DNA of 64,000 nt, from assembly GCA_021815445.1 (NCBI GenBank), contig JAKAGM010000002.1, positions 95,511 to 159,510 of the forward strand, written 5' to 3'. Shown one piece after another: positions 49,372 to 59,895 of this stretch. Each line of letters opens with the position of its first letter. The first letter of the stretch is position 1. The position numbers were made by a program, and so were the translations under genes. The notes under the pieces are model-generated. The model made no database searches. It worked only from the letters and a program-made list of their open reading frames with translations, and was not told the DNA's origin. The stretch is from a bacterium (GTDB lineage: Bacteria; Patescibacteriota; Patescibacteriia; UBA10025).

Positions 49372-51379
49372 TGCGCGATTTTGCCCTACTTTTCTTGTAC
49401 TTTGTCCACGCCACTGCGCCGCACGCACTTATTATTGCCGTTGCGCCTATCGCATACCACACTGGGTTGTCATTCTTTTTCCTGGTCTCAATCGGGATAA
49501 CTTCTGGAGCATTCTCGACAGCTTGACCGAGAACCTCGGGTTTGACTAAATCTCCGTCTTCACGGGGGACAAGCCGGGCTGCGCCGCTTACTATTTCGAC
49601 GATGCCCGTGACTATTACTTTATCGCCTTCTTTCCAGTCCGGCTTTTTTATATTTGTTGTCCGTTTGAAGAACACATCTGCTATGAAACCATCATCGCCT
49701 GTTATTGAGAATTTTAATGGCCCTGTAGCCGAGATGCTCCCCTGGATTCTGACAAACTGGGCCGGGTAATCTGCCATCTTGCCAACCGCGATGTCTTTTG
49801 GTGATAACCCCTGTGATCCTGCAACAGTTACATCATCTCTGTTTTTGACATTGATCTTCGGCTGGCCTTGTTCTGTCCCTATAGTGCCGTGGATGGTGAC
49901 GGTATCTCCGGCGGAAATCTCCGGAAAGCCGGCCGAGGAAACTACTTTGATTCCGGCGGTATTGTCCTGAATATATAGAATCCCACTTCCCAAAAGATCC
50001 GGCTCAGCAAGAGCTACGCCCGAGATTTCAACTGACACGCCGTGTTCGGCCCGACGAGCTTCGGCGATTGTCATATTTTTTATTTCCGCATCAACGCTTT
50101 TCTTCTTCTCCTCCTGAGCAGGCGCGGCAGGCAGTGTCGAAGAACCGGCATTTTCGACCAGACTGTTTTCACTGTTCGGCGAAGGTTCGGTCCATTTCCA
50201 CCCGCCATTTGTAAAGAAAGCAAAAGCCCTGTCTTTCGGAGCTTTTTCGTATTTGACTCCCTGTACCACCTTGTCAAGCGGATTGATGAGATAAATCGCG
50301 TCTCCTTCGTTATTAAGCGTGATTTTAGTTTTTGATTTTGGGAAAGCGATAACGTCGTCCACTTCCAAGGCGAGCTGGCTCTGGATGATGAATGTTTTTT
50401 TAGTATCAGTCAGCCGCCAGCCGCGCAGCTGGATTGTTTTTGATGATATATTCATCAGTTCAATGTATTCTTCCTGCGTCGCGTCGCCCGGCGCGGGTAA
50501 AAGTTCATTGAGGCGTATCCCGCTGGTATCAGGTGATGATGGCAGAGGCGGAGGAGTCGGTGCAGGCGTATTCACCGTTGGAGTTGGTACGGGTTGCACG
50601 GTGCTTGGTGTCGTCGATGAAGGGGAAGACGGAGCAGATGGAGAGATTGCCGGCGACTCGGCAACTGTTGGAACGGGGGACAGAGGCGTTACTTTCGGAT
50701 TATTCATAGTTACGAATTCAGCTTCACTCCGCGAGTTTTGTGGTTCAGGAATGTTACGTGTGACGAAATCAGCGCCGTTATGGTCAGTATCTTCGCTGTT
50801 TCCCTTAAAGTAATCTTCGCCTCCGTCCAGCATGGCCTCTGACGTTGAGCTTGTGACTGCTTTACGCTCAATACTTTTGTTCGAAGCGGGATTTGCTACA
50901 GCTTCACCTTCATATACCGTTGAGGTTCCAAAACCTACTACGTCAACCACTGTTCCCATTTGATCATAGAGAATGACCGTGTTGTTTGTGGCGATAGAAT
51001 TTGCCGTAGAATACACTGCATCAGGCACTATCGATCCCGTATACCCCGAAGGATGCGCGATAAGGAAAAAACTTCCGGGCGGAAGTGTTCGTTCCCCAAT
51101 GGCGGTTACCAGATCGTATTCGTTTCCCGAAGCGGTTTTCTTTGTCAGGCGGTACCCAGCGATTGATACATCAACAGCCGTCGGGTTATACAGTTCGACG
51201 AATTCGTCGGTCGATTGGCCGGTGCCGCCGCCGACTTTTATCTCGCTGATCACAAGATGACTGCTTTGAGCTGCGCGGACTGACATCTGGCAGCATGTAA
51301 GAATCAACACCGAGGATAAAATGAAAATAAAAAAGAGTCTCATAATGTTATTGTGATATAGACAACGCAGAGTTTTCAC
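49349..51379 (-). CDS. secreted/cell-surface protein with two lamin-tail domains, Pro/Ser/Thr-rich linker and C-terminal membrane anchor
   Basis: Two EF(V/I)ELYNP LTD signatures (DEFVELYNPT, EEYIELMNIS), about 60-aa PT-rich linker, C-terminal TM helix then KYKKSRAKSR. Confidence 0.65.
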   Translation of the reverse strand: MKTLRCLYHNNIMRLFFIFILSSVLILTCCQMSVRAAQSSHLVISEIKVGGGTGQSTDEFVELYNPTAVDVSIAGYRLTKKTASGNEYDLVTAIGERTLPPGSFFLIAHPSGYTGSIVPDAVYSTANSIATNNTVILYDQMGTVVDVVGFGTSTVYEGEAVANPASNKSIERKAVTSSTSEAMLDGGEDYFKGNSEDTDHNGADFVTRNIPEPQNSRSEAEFVTMNNPKVTPLSPVPTVAESPAISPSAPSSPSSTTPSTVQPVPTPTVNTPAPTPPPLPSSPDTSGIRLNELLPAPGDATQEEYIELMNISSKTIQLRGWRLTDTKKTFIIQSQLALEVDDVIAFPKSKTKITLNNEGDAIYLINPLDKVVQGVKYEKAPKDRAFAFFTNGGWKWTEPSPNSENSLVENAGSSTLPAAPAQEEKKKSVDAEIKNMTIAEARRAEHGVSVEISGVALAEPDLLGSGILYIQDNTAGIKVVSSAGFPEISAGDTVTIHGTIGTEQGQPKINVKNRDDVTVAGSQGLSPKDIAVGKMADYPAQFVRIQGSISATGPLKFSITGDDGFIADVFFKRTTNIKKPDWKEGDKVIVTGIVEIVSGAARLVPREDGDLVKPEVLGQAVENAPEVIPIETRKKNDNPVWYAIGATAIISACGAVAWTKYKKSRAKSRNVPIADN

Positions 51380-51441
51380 TCTGCTAAGCCCAAGACTGAT
51401 CCACGGGGGCTAAGCGAAGCGTATGCCTCGCGACGCTAGTA

Positions 51442-51966
51442 TTAATTAGTTTTAAAATAATCAATGATAGGATAATACTCGAAGTAAGAATCAAGCAATT
51501 CCTGTCCGTAAGTTTTTTGAAAATGGAGGTAACTAGAAAAGGGATATGACTCCATCCGCTCTGCGACGCCATGTTTAATACAGTTATGATGGATATAGTT
51601 AACTCGTTTCCAAAAATCTGTTTCAGTCCGCACGCATGTGTCCCAGTATTGGTAAAAAACTCTCCTATTTTTCTTATGATCTATCACGTTGAGAGCCAAC
51701 GCAACCTTACTGTGGAATGTCCGGACAAATCGCGGCAGGGATTCAGCCGCGGACACTCTTATTAAAAGATGGTAGTGCGTACTCATGATAACCCATGCAT
51801 AGAGGCATATGTTGTTCCGAGCTGCAACCGAAAAAAGTGTTGCAAGTATCAATCTTTTTTTAAAATCTGTTTCCATGAAGAAATAATGCCGAAATGTCGT
51901 ACCGGTAATAAAATATACCTGATTATCAAGGTAGAGATGCGGCGGCCGGTGAATTTCCATCCTCAT
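51442..51966 (-). mobile_element. RAYT/IS200-like HUH tyrosine transposase gene (copy 2)
   Basis: VIMSTHYHLLI (HUH), LPRFVR, NYIHHNCIKHGV. Confidence 0.65.
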
Positions 51967-52079
51967 ACCGGAGTATTGATTACGCGAAGCTTATGCTTCG
52001 CTAAGCCTAGGACTGATTTGCGTGGCTTAGCCAAGCGTACGCTTGGTGATGTTAGTAGTTTGTTATATATTCCGAATCC

Positions 52080-52298
52080 CTAATACACCTTCAAAACCTT
52101 CGTTTCCACTACTCGCGAAGGCGTCTGGATTTCAATAATATCACCCTCCTCATGCCCGAGTAATGCCTTGCCGACAGGCGAGCCAAACGAGATGCGGCCC
52201 GTTTCGGGGTCGCCGCGCGACTCAACTATCGAAAATTTCTGCCGCCGCTCCGAAAGTAGTAGTTCGACCTCGGAGCCGATGAAAATGCTTTTTGACAT
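52080..52298 (-). CDS. GreA/GreB C-terminal (FKBP-like) domain-only protein, 72 aa
   Basis: ISFGSPVGKALLGHEEGDIIEIQTPSRVVETKVLKV matches Gre-factor C-terminal domain; no N-terminal coiled coil in any frame. Confidence 0.55.
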   Translation of the reverse strand: MSKSIFIGSEVELLLSERRQKFSIVESRGDPETGRISFGSPVGKALLGHEEGDIIEIQTPSRVVETKVLKVY

Positions 52299-52398
52299 AG
52301 TATATTAGACAGATTTCCCTGTTAGTAACTTGATCCATCACGTCGAATGAAAACAGTCGAGAGTGACAGATCAAGATCATTACCAGAGAAACGTGACG

Positions 52399-52821
52399 TT
52401 ACGCTTCCGATTCAATCGGAATCTTCGCGACTGTCACATCCTCGGGAGCAACTTCTGTGTTCACCTTATCGCTCTTGTCCGCTTTGCCGCTCTTGCCGCC
52501 GAGCATGATAAGCTGGTTGGCGACAATCTCGGTGCGGTATCGCTTGGCTCCGTGCTTGTCCTCCCAGTTTCTGGTGTTGAGACGGCCTTCAATATAGACG
52601 CGGTCACCTTTCTTGAGGTATTTCGCGACGATATTTCCGAGGCGTCCCCACGCAACTACAGGGTGGAATTCGGTTGCCTGCTGCCGCTCCTTCGACTCGG
52701 CGTCTTTCCACGTATAGTTTGTAGCGACGGTAAACGTGGTCAACGACGCGCCGGACGGAAGCGCCCGTACTGCGGGATCCTGCGTCAGGTTGCCGATCAA
52801 CGACACTTTGTTGAGGTTCAT
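52399..52821 (-). CDS. ssb: single-stranded DNA-binding protein
   Basis: MNLNKVSLIGNLTQDP...OB fold...C-terminal acidic tail; start set at MNLNKV. Confidence 0.8.
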   Translation of the reverse strand: MNLNKVSLIGNLTQDPAVRALPSGASLTTFTVATNYTWKDAESKERQQATEFHPVVAWGRLGNIVAKYLKKGDRVYIEGRLNTRNWEDKHGAKRYRTEIVANQLIMLGGKSGKADKSDKVNTEVAPEDVTVAKIPIESEA

Positions 52822-53043
52822 ACGCTTGATTTTCTCCCTCCAAAAATTAATGATTAAAGCTGTTTCGACCTTGTATTGACAAAAATAAATTGATCTGCAT
52901 AATACAAAGCAGGTGCATGAAACCATTTACGCTGCTTAAAAACAGCAGTAGTGTGGATTCACCAATTGCAGCAAGTGCACACTGCGGTTGACCTCAAACC
53001 TCCAAAGGACGACCGGCCCGCAAAAGCTAAGGTCGTTTTTTGG

Positions 53044-53307
53044 TTATCTGCTGCGGAACTTTTTTAACAGAAAATTGTATATCAACACTGTCGGAAGAAA
53101 TATCGCCAAAATCGCCAGATTCCAGCTTGGCGACAGCGAGTCACGGTAAATGTACTGAAGCATAACAAATGTTTCTATCATTACACCTATGCCAAGTACG
53201 AGAAATGCTGCCCTGTTTTTTTGAAATTTTGCATAACTTCGTAGTACAAAAAACATTACGATCATGTAGGCCGTACTTGTTAAGTATACGAAGACGCTGT
53301 CGCTCAT
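53044..53307 (-). CDS. small hydrophobic membrane protein
   Basis: Three predicted TM helices. Confidence 0.35.
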   Translation of the reverse strand: MSDSVFVYLTSTAYMIVMFFVLRSYAKFQKNRAAFLVLGIGVMIETFVMLQYIYRDSLSPSWNLAILAIFLPTVLIYNFLLKKFRSR

Positions 53308-53401
53308 AGTAGTAAGTTATTAAGGGTTAATATTACCTGATAGATGTTAAAAAATCTGGGAGGAAATCTTGATCAACACAGATCTCCTCCCTATCCGATT
53401 C

Positions 53402-53956
53402 TCAGGATGCCGAAATCCACATGCCGCCGACCCATGTGTGGTAGATGCAAAACTGGCCATAGTGGTAGTAATAGTACTTGGCCCACACGTATGCTGGGTA
53501 TCCGTACACACTCACCTGCGCCAAATCAAGCATATACTCGGCGGAGAGCTGGGAGTAACACTCCTTGTATCCCCACCAGTACCATTGGAACCAAATCTTT
53601 GCTGCTCCGCCGGACGGCACAGATTCTTTGACCTTCGCATTCACGACCGGGATGCACTTCTGCAGGCCGGTGACAACGATACGGTCGGAGTCGGCCAGTC
53701 TGCCATACATATCGGCGAATGCAGCTTCATTGAACATGTACGTTCCGTCGGCGTTCTGTGTTACATACGGATCCATCCTGGCGATCCAAGCTTCGTAGAG
53801 CCGGGCCTGAGCTTCCTGGGCCTCCGTATCCGTGATCGGTTGTTGAACAGCCTCAAGTGTTACCGGGGCATTGACCGGTGTTTTTTCGCCGCAACCCGCA
53901 GATATCAGAGCGCCGATGAAGCACACCAGCATCAAAATAACAACTTGTTTCTTCAT
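53402..53956 (-). CDS. lipoprotein (signal peptide plus lipobox LISAGC), aromatic-rich C-terminus
   Basis: MKKQVVILMLVCFIGALISAGCG lipoprotein signal. Confidence 0.5.
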   Translation of the reverse strand: MKKQVVILMLVCFIGALISAGCGEKTPVNAPVTLEAVQQPITDTEAQEAQARLYEAWIARMDPYVTQNADGTYMFNEAAFADMYGRLADSDRIVVTGLQKCIPVVNAKVKESVPSGGAAKIWFQWYWWGYKECYSQLSAEYMLDLAQVSVYGYPAYVWAKYYYYHYGQFCIYHTWVGGMWISAS

Positions 53957-54640
53957 GACTCCACTCCTTTCACGTTTTGACTTGCATCAGAAGAAGAAGA
54001 TGTTTGTTGTTGGAAACCTCGCGCTTGGGGAGAGACCCACGTATCTTCCAAGCGTTTTAGTGGGATACTTCTGCAGAGCATTGGGGCATACTGCCTCCTT
54101 TCAAAGAGCGTTTTCCGGGTTTGCTCACCACTTTTTCTGACGGCTGAATTCTGCGACGGCTGGTTGTCTTTCTCTTCACTCGCCAGCAAGAAACTTGAGG
54201 ATTTTTTTGTGGAGAATTTATTTCATATCGCCGTCGCTTGTAAAGAACATCACCTCGATTTCTACACTAAGTATAGCAAAAAAATGGACTCTTTGCATCC
54301 TAAAAAAATCACAAAATTTCTCCGCATCAATCACTTCTTATTCAAAAAACCGCCGCGCATTTGTTTGGAATGCGGACGGATTATTGCGGCGGCCATTCGG
54401 GTGAAGGATGTGCTGTAGCGGATGCAGAATTTCCGCCTGCCTCAGAAGGCAGTATCTCCTCCCCGGGCATTTTGTGAGCCCCCACCAGGCCGCCAGATAT
54501 CGGGATCCTCTGGTACCATATGCGCACAGTCTGTGGTTTCCCGCCGACAGAGCGTGTCCACACATATGGGACGTACGAGTTGTCCCCCATGGCTTCCTCC
54601 CTGATGCCGGAAAATGTTTAACGAATACGAAATTGTAAAA

Positions 54641-55138
54641 TTATGGCGCTGCTACCCCCTCGGGTGTTGCTGAATGCTGTCCGGGCCCTACGCCTTCTGC
54701 TCCAAGTTCCAAAACATAGCTCAGGTCGTAGAAAGTATACGGGGACGTGCCGATTGGGGTATAGGTATACGTTATTCCACCGGGAGCAGGGTTGCCCGGG
54801 AGTCCGGAAATATATTTAGGCACGAGGTCGATCAGCTGAGTCGGATACGCGCCGCTATTATCCGCCTTGTACTTTTCAAGCGCGGCTTGTAATTTCCGCA
54901 TATCACTGAGTCTTTTACTGTCACGGACTTCAATTTGCTGGCGCTCTGCCTGGCTCAAGTTGGCATTTACGAGAGGATCCACTGGGACATTTTCTGCCGT
55001 ATTTATGTTGCTGTCGTCCGTCGTAAGGAGGGTATTGTCGTTTTTAGTCGAACTTTTTTGCCCGGAAAGAAAAACATATGAAAAAATACCCAGCGTGATG
55101 ACTAAGGCGATGAACAGAAGAATGTAGTTGCGTTTCAT
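54641..55138 (-). CDS. pilin/pseudopilin-like protein lacking canonical prepilin GFxxxE motif
   Basis: N-terminal TM helix then RDSKRLSDMRKLQAALEKYKADNGAYP resembling the GspG/type IV pilin alpha-beta core. Confidence 0.45.
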   Translation of the reverse strand: MKRNYILLFIALVITLGIFSYVFLSGQKSSTKNDNTLLTTDDSNINTAENVPVDPLVNANLSQAERQQIEVRDSKRLSDMRKLQAALEKYKADNSGAYPTQLIDLVPKYISGLPGNPAPGGITYTYTPIGTSPYTFYDLSYVLELGAEGVGPGQHSATPEGVAAP

Positions 55139-55311
55139 ATGCAGATATAGTATACAAAATGTTCCCCCATGTGTCACGGTGGATACTTGCTTATCTATTA
55201 TGTACTCTCGTATACTTTAATTGCATATATAACATAAGCACTGTGACTGGTAGACGCGGATCGAATGTGCAAAAACTTAGTCACAAATGAAAAGAAGGCA
55301 GTTAATGATAT

Positions 55312-55395
55312 GCTGGAGTGGCGGAATTGGCATACGCGCTAGCCTTAGGAGCTAGTGGGAGCAATCCCTTGAGAGTTCGAGTCTCTCCTCCAGCA
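55312..55395 (+). tRNA. tRNA-Leu (anticodon TAG), long variable arm
   Basis: Acceptor GCTGGAG/CTCCAGC+A, anticodon arm CTAGC-CTTAGGA-GCTAG, variable arm GGGAGCAATCCC, T arm GAGAG-TTCGAGT-CTCTC. Confidence 0.8.
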
Positions 55396-55495
55396 ATTAA
55401 TAAACAGTTTGGTGCCTCCTGCCAAAAGGGGATGGCGAGAAGCGAATGGGCAACTTCGTGTGTAAACGAAAAAAATTTATAAACGAACAAAAACT

Positions 55496-55864
55496 ATGGG
55501 AAGCATGATTGAAATCAACGACACCTTACAGCTTACGAAAGAGCAGGGCTTTCCTTTCGAGCTCGACCTTGAGCATCATTTAAAAACCCCATACGTAGCA
55601 GAGGATTTTGATGGCAAGATTTTTGAATTTAGGAATAAACCAAAAATCAGAATATACCACGTGCCGCCAATAAGGAATTTTTTGGTCGAGAATAAGGCCG
55701 GCAAATGGATTTACTGGGGATTGGTCCATATACTCGAAGTGCACCATGACTATACAGCTCAAACAACCGGCGGCAAATTTACAATTTTATACATCTATTC
55801 ACCTGATGAAATGAAAAAGGCTCAGGAACTGGTAGACAGAAACAAAGAGACTAAATTTTTTTAA
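55496..55864 (+). CDS. hypothetical protein (122 aa)
   Basis: ORF with protein-like composition. Confidence 0.4.
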   Translation: MGSMIEINDTLQLTKEQGFPFELDLEHHLKTPYVAEDFDGKIFEFRNKPKIRIYHVPPIRNFLVENKAGKWIYWGLVHILEVHHDYTAQTTGGKFTILYIYSPDEMKKAQELVDRNKETKFF

Positions 55865-55974
55865 CCAGAGCACCGGCGTATTGCGCCAGGAGTCTTTTTT
55901 GATTTTACGAAAAAATTCTGGTATATTGCCATCAATATATCGCTCACTCACAATTCAATGATGGAGGTGTAGTC

Positions 55975-56625
55975 ATGAGTAAAAGTATCGATGTGCACCC
56001 TGGCACCTTACAATGGCGATTCTATTGCTTACGCTTTACTCTCGACGGACTGGAAGTCGAATCGCCCAGAAATCTCTGCCGCTATTTCTGGATATCAGTC
56101 CATGGCTTCGGCATGTGGCTCAGCCGGGAAGCCAAGCTCCTTATGCTTTGGCTTGTTGCAATGGCGGCTACAGCGTTGCTGTTAGCTGTAGTGCGGGTTC
56201 TTCCTAAGAGCTATGTCCTGACCCAGGCGGTATTCTGGGTTATTACGCCACTCTGGTATCTCGTGCTCCTGGTTGCTCTGTTTGCCACGGTGACTCGGGC
56301 GCAAAGGATCATTGATGCTCGGATACCATGGGCAAAAAATCTCATTGTCGGCAGCATCTTTTCCACCTTTGTCATATATGCTGTTTCACACGTCGGCTTA
56401 AGCACACTGCTGCGTCAGCTCTATGAGGAGGCGAAAGGAGCAATGAAGCTCGCTGCTATAATGGTTGCGGCCATGATTGTTCTCGGGATTATCCTGATTA
56501 TCGTCCCGCAAACGTGGTTGCAAAGGGTATCGTGTTTCTTTCGTGCGCTCAGCGCGCGGGCGAGTGCGGGTAAGCGCAGCGCCTGTCCCCAAGTGAACCC
56601 TCCCCCCGGATTCACAGAACAGTGA
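55975..56625 (+). CDS. hypothetical integral membrane protein
   Basis: Multiple TM helices. Confidence 0.45.
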   Translation: MSKSIDVHPGTLQWRFYCLRFTLDGLEVESPRNLCRYFWISVHGFGMWLSREAKLLMLWLVAMAATALLLAVVRVLPKSYVLTQAVFWVITPLWYLVLLVALFATVTRAQRIIDARIPWAKNLIVGSIFSTFVIYAVSHVGLSTLLRQLYEEAKGAMKLAAIMVAAMIVLGIILIIVPQTWLQRVSCFFRALSARASAGKRSACPQVNPPPGFTEQ

Positions 56626-56809
56626 CTCGTTATGGTTTGCCAGTTGGCCTCAACAACTGGTTTTTTTATTATGTATTCTAAAAGCGACAACGCAGAGTTG
56701 GGCAGATCTATGATCCTTCTTGACGTTCTTCCATTGAATCTGTAAGGTATCGTTGCAAAAGGAATAGGAAATAAAAAACGTTCACGCACTCTTACGCAGG
56801 AGAAGCTTC

Positions 56810-57199
56810 ATGTCACAAAAAGTGGTCCCAAAAGTGTACCAAGCTGAAGCAGCCACGAGACGCATCATGTCGGCGATGGAACAAACAGCCCTCGCGAAAA
56901 CTTCAATGCCTGATCCGCTCGAAACGCATATCGAGGTTCTCATCACTCTGGGGATGCTCGATGCGCCCGGATCTCGTGTAACGTTCGCCATTGATTCTAA
57001 AAAACCCGATGAATTGCAGGTGGTTGTTTGGGACGCGGCGGATATGCGAATCCTCGAATGTCTCGGGCGGTGGAGCTTCGGCTTCATAACACGCGGCACA
57101 CAGGCGTGGGCGTCTGTCCCGATGGATGACACCTTCGAATCGATGAGAATCTTCATCAGCACGTTCGCGGAATGCGTCGGGGAGCTGGCCGTAGCGTAG
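56810..57199 (+). CDS. hypothetical protein (129 aa)
   Basis: AGGAG RBS before ATG. Confidence 0.45.
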   Translation: MSQKVVPKVYQAEAATRRIMSAMEQTALAKTSMPDPLETHIEVLITLGMLDAPGSRVTFAIDSKKPDELQVVVWDAADMRILECLGRWSFGFITRGTQAWASVPMDDTFESMRIFISTFAECVGELAVA

Positions 57200-57317
57200 C
57201 CCATGTTCATGGACATGTAGCTGGCGCCAGGTAGCTAATACCGGCGCTTTTTCTTTTATTACCGTTGACATGAGTCTTATTCATGGTACGCTCATATAAC
57301 CATTCTCGAGGATTCAT

Positions 57318-58211
57318 ATGGAAGGCAAAAGTATTGACCGTGAACAGCCGCGCGATGCCCGTGAAATCACGGAAGGGCTTTTTGGGCGTTTACCGGAGAT
57401 TGCAAAACAACTGTCCGCCAAATATTTAGACCAAACGATTGAAACGAACCGGCGGCTGACGGAAAACCCGGATGACCCGGCGGAACATCAGCCGAATTGG
57501 CATCAATGGGGCATTATTACGCATTCGCAAAAGGTCGGCCAGTACTTTCGCGAGGATGTTCCCCAGTACCTCAAGCAGTGGGGCGTGGATGAGAAAGTGA
57601 CGGAACACATGGATGAAAGGATTGGTAATCGGACTAAATGGGAGCTGGTGGAAATCTCGGTTCCGCTCCATGATCTGGGCAAATTTGTCGAGCGGCAGGT
57701 GCGCGAGAAAAAGGGCAAGCAGGCTAAATGGAACTACGTGGGTCATGAAAAGAAATCGGGAGAAATAGTCCGTTGGCCCGCGTTTACCGATATGCTTCAA
57801 CGCGAGTATGGGTTGACGCGGGAGCAGATTGAATATGTCGCCCAGTGCGTCGAGCGGCATTACGAGCTCGCAAATATCCGGGATGCAGCTATACAGTCGA
57901 AAAAAGGATTTTCTCTTGAGTTTGTCGAAAGCGATGATTTTGCCCGGGCATCCGAGAAACTTGCAGGCAACTTTAAGGAATTCGAACCGGAGCTAGGCAT
58001 CTATTATCTCGCCGACTCTCTGGCAAAGACCGATGTTCGCATCACGGCAGAACGCGACGAAGACATTCCGCCGCAGGAGCCGATGATCCTCCAAACACTC
58101 AGTGAACGAGGATTAAGTCCGAAATTGGCAAACGCGGTTAAGCAAAATCCGGTTTCAATCGCATCTGCAAGAAAATTTTTGCAGACCTGGGCTGAATCAC
58201 AGGAGTCATAA
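57318..58211 (+). CDS. HD-domain phosphohydrolase
   Basis: H...HD motif: ITHSQKV ... VPLHDLGK. Confidence 0.6.
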   Translation: MEGKSIDREQPRDAREITEGLFGRLPEIAKQLSAKYLDQTIETNRRLTENPDDPAEHQPNWHQWGIITHSQKVGQYFREDVPQYLKQWGVDEKVTEHMDERIGNRTKWELVEISVPLHDLGKFVERQVREKKGKQAKWNYVGHEKKSGEIVRWPAFTDMLQREYGLTREQIEYVAQCVERHYELANIRDAAIQSKKGFSLEFVESDDFARASEKLAGNFKEFEPELGIYYLADSLAKTDVRITAERDEDIPPQEPMILQTLSERGLSPKLANAVKQNPVSIASARKFLQTWAESQES

Positions 58212-58341
58212 AATACATTTTCTCCAAGAAGCAAATTTCTGTAATGCCCGGCAAGTTTTGCGGGGTTATCGTGTAATAAAAAAACCATCCATACGCGGTA
58301 CGGATGGGAAAGATCGGAGAAGCTCTCAGAAAGCCGGGGAA

Positions 58342-58749
58342 CTAATCTATTCCTGAAGCCCCTCGACACTCACTCGGTGGATTCGGGATCAGGCACATAA
58401 AGAACCCATCACATGCTTCTCCCCGAGTCGGAATCATGTTCAGAATGCCGAAGACCATCATCTGGCACACAAACGCCGTAAGTGCCGTAGCCTGCCAGCT
58501 CCATACATGGTGAGGGGCATTGAGGACCGTTTCAGCGCCGATAACCCACGCTATTCCGCCGTAGATGATTACGGCGGCGACAACCTTTGAATCTTGGCTG
58601 GGGCAGAAAAAGGCCAAGAGCGCGATGAGCAGGGAGAATGTCCCATAGAATATCTCTGCCGATTTCCAGTGTCCGGTGAAGTGTCCCACTAGTAAGATAG
58701 CAAGGCATCCGACAACGATGAAAAGCATGCTTTTGCAAAGTGCATTCAT
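58342..58749 (-). CDS. hypothetical membrane protein
   Basis: TM helices; start set at MNALCKS. Confidence 0.4.
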   Translation of the reverse strand: MNALCKSMLFIVVGCLAILLVGHFTGHWKSAEIFYGTFSLLIALLAFFCPSQDSKVVAAVIIYGGIAWVIGAETVLNAPHHVWSWQATALTAFVCQMMVFGILNMIPTRGEACDGFFMCLIPNPPSECRGASGID

Positions 58750-58932
58750 GGTAGCTCCTTCCCGACAAAAGAGGTTTGTTTTTTTATTGGATTGGATTAT
58801 GGTACCAAACGGCAGAAGAGGATGCAAGCGAGCCGATCATCAAATGGATATTTGCGTATATCGGAGGTGTGTATGCCCTAGGTTTCCTACTGGGGAAGAT
58901 GAGAAAAATGTGATAAAGTAAGGGCATATCAT

Positions 58933-59895
58933 ATGAATTTCGGTCAAAACTTTATCGTCATTTTCGGGCTCATGCTGTTCGAGATCATCTCGAGTGTTGA
59001 TAACGCCGTGGTTAACGCGCACGTCCTCAGGACCATGCCCGAAAAGTACAGGAAAATTTTCCTTTTCTGGGGCATCCTTTTCGCCGTGTTTATCGTCCGG
59101 GGCGTGTTGCCCTTCATCATCGTCTGGATCGCCAACCCCTCATTGTCGCTGGGGGAGCTCCTATCTTTTGTATTTAAAAACGCGCCTGAAATCAGCACCT
59201 ACGTCGAACACTCCAAACCGCTCCTCCTGCTGGGCGGGGGCGTCTACCTGGTGATGGTTTTCTTGAGCTGGCTTTTTCTCGAGGAAAAGAAATACGCGTT
59301 CTTCGTTGAACACTTTATCCATCGTCGGGGATTTTGGTTTTATGCCATTTCCTCGCTTTTTCTCACCGTTACGATTTTTCTTTCACTCCGTCATAACCCA
59401 TTGCTTGCATTCTCGGCCTCCATCGGTGCGTCGGCATTTTTCATTACCGACGGGTTTAAAAAGAACGCCGAGGAAAAAGAAAAGAAACTCCTCGATCCGG
59501 CCTTAAGCGCATGGAGCAAGATTCTCTACTTAGAGATTCTTGATGCGTCATTCTCCATAGACGGTGTCATCGGCGCGTTCGCGTTTACTATCGCCATCCC
59601 GCTTATTCTCATCGGCAACGGTTTGGGCGCATTTGTGGTCCGGGAATTTACTGTGCGGGGGATTAATCTCATTTCAAAATTTGCCTATCTTAAAAATGGC
59701 GCCATGTATTCCATCGGCATGCTCGGCATTCTGATGGTCCTCGAAAGTTTCGGGCGCGAGTATCCTTTTTGGCTGGCACCGCTCAACACCTTCCTTCTCC
59801 TGGGCATTTTCTTTTACCTCTCATGGCGGGAGATAGAAAAAGCTAAAAGACTACCCGAGAACAGCGCATCGACGACGGCTGGTCCATCTGTCTAG
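58933..59895 (+). CDS. TerC/DUF475-like integral membrane protein
   Basis: EIISSVDNAVV motif typical of TerC-family first helix; eight or more predicted TM segments. Confidence 0.5.
   Translation: MNFGQNFIVIFGLMLFEIISSVDNAVVNAHVLRTMPEKYRKIFLFWGILFAVFIVRGVLPFIIVWIANPSLSLGELLSFVFKNAPEISTYVEHSKPLLLLGGGVYLVMVFLSWLFLEEKKYAFFVEHFIHRRGFWFYAISSLFLTVTIFLSLRHNPLLAFSASIGASAFFITDGFKKNAEEKEKKLLDPALSAWSKILYLEILDASFSIDGVIGAFAFTIAIPLILIGNGLGAFVVREFTVRGINLISKFAYLKNGAMYSIGMLGILMVLESFGREYPFWLAPLNTFLLLGIFFYLSWREIEKAKRLPENSASTTAGPSV

Noticed and set aside
15796-54155. Exact 15-mer ctgaattctgcgacg at 15796 and 54141
   Set aside because: A single exact 15-mer coincidence is roughly expected by chance in 64 kb considering both strands. 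No extended similarity in the flanks.
55302-55490. 62-aa minus-strand ORF
   Set aside because: Overlaps a well-folded tRNA-Leu(UAG) on the plus strand.
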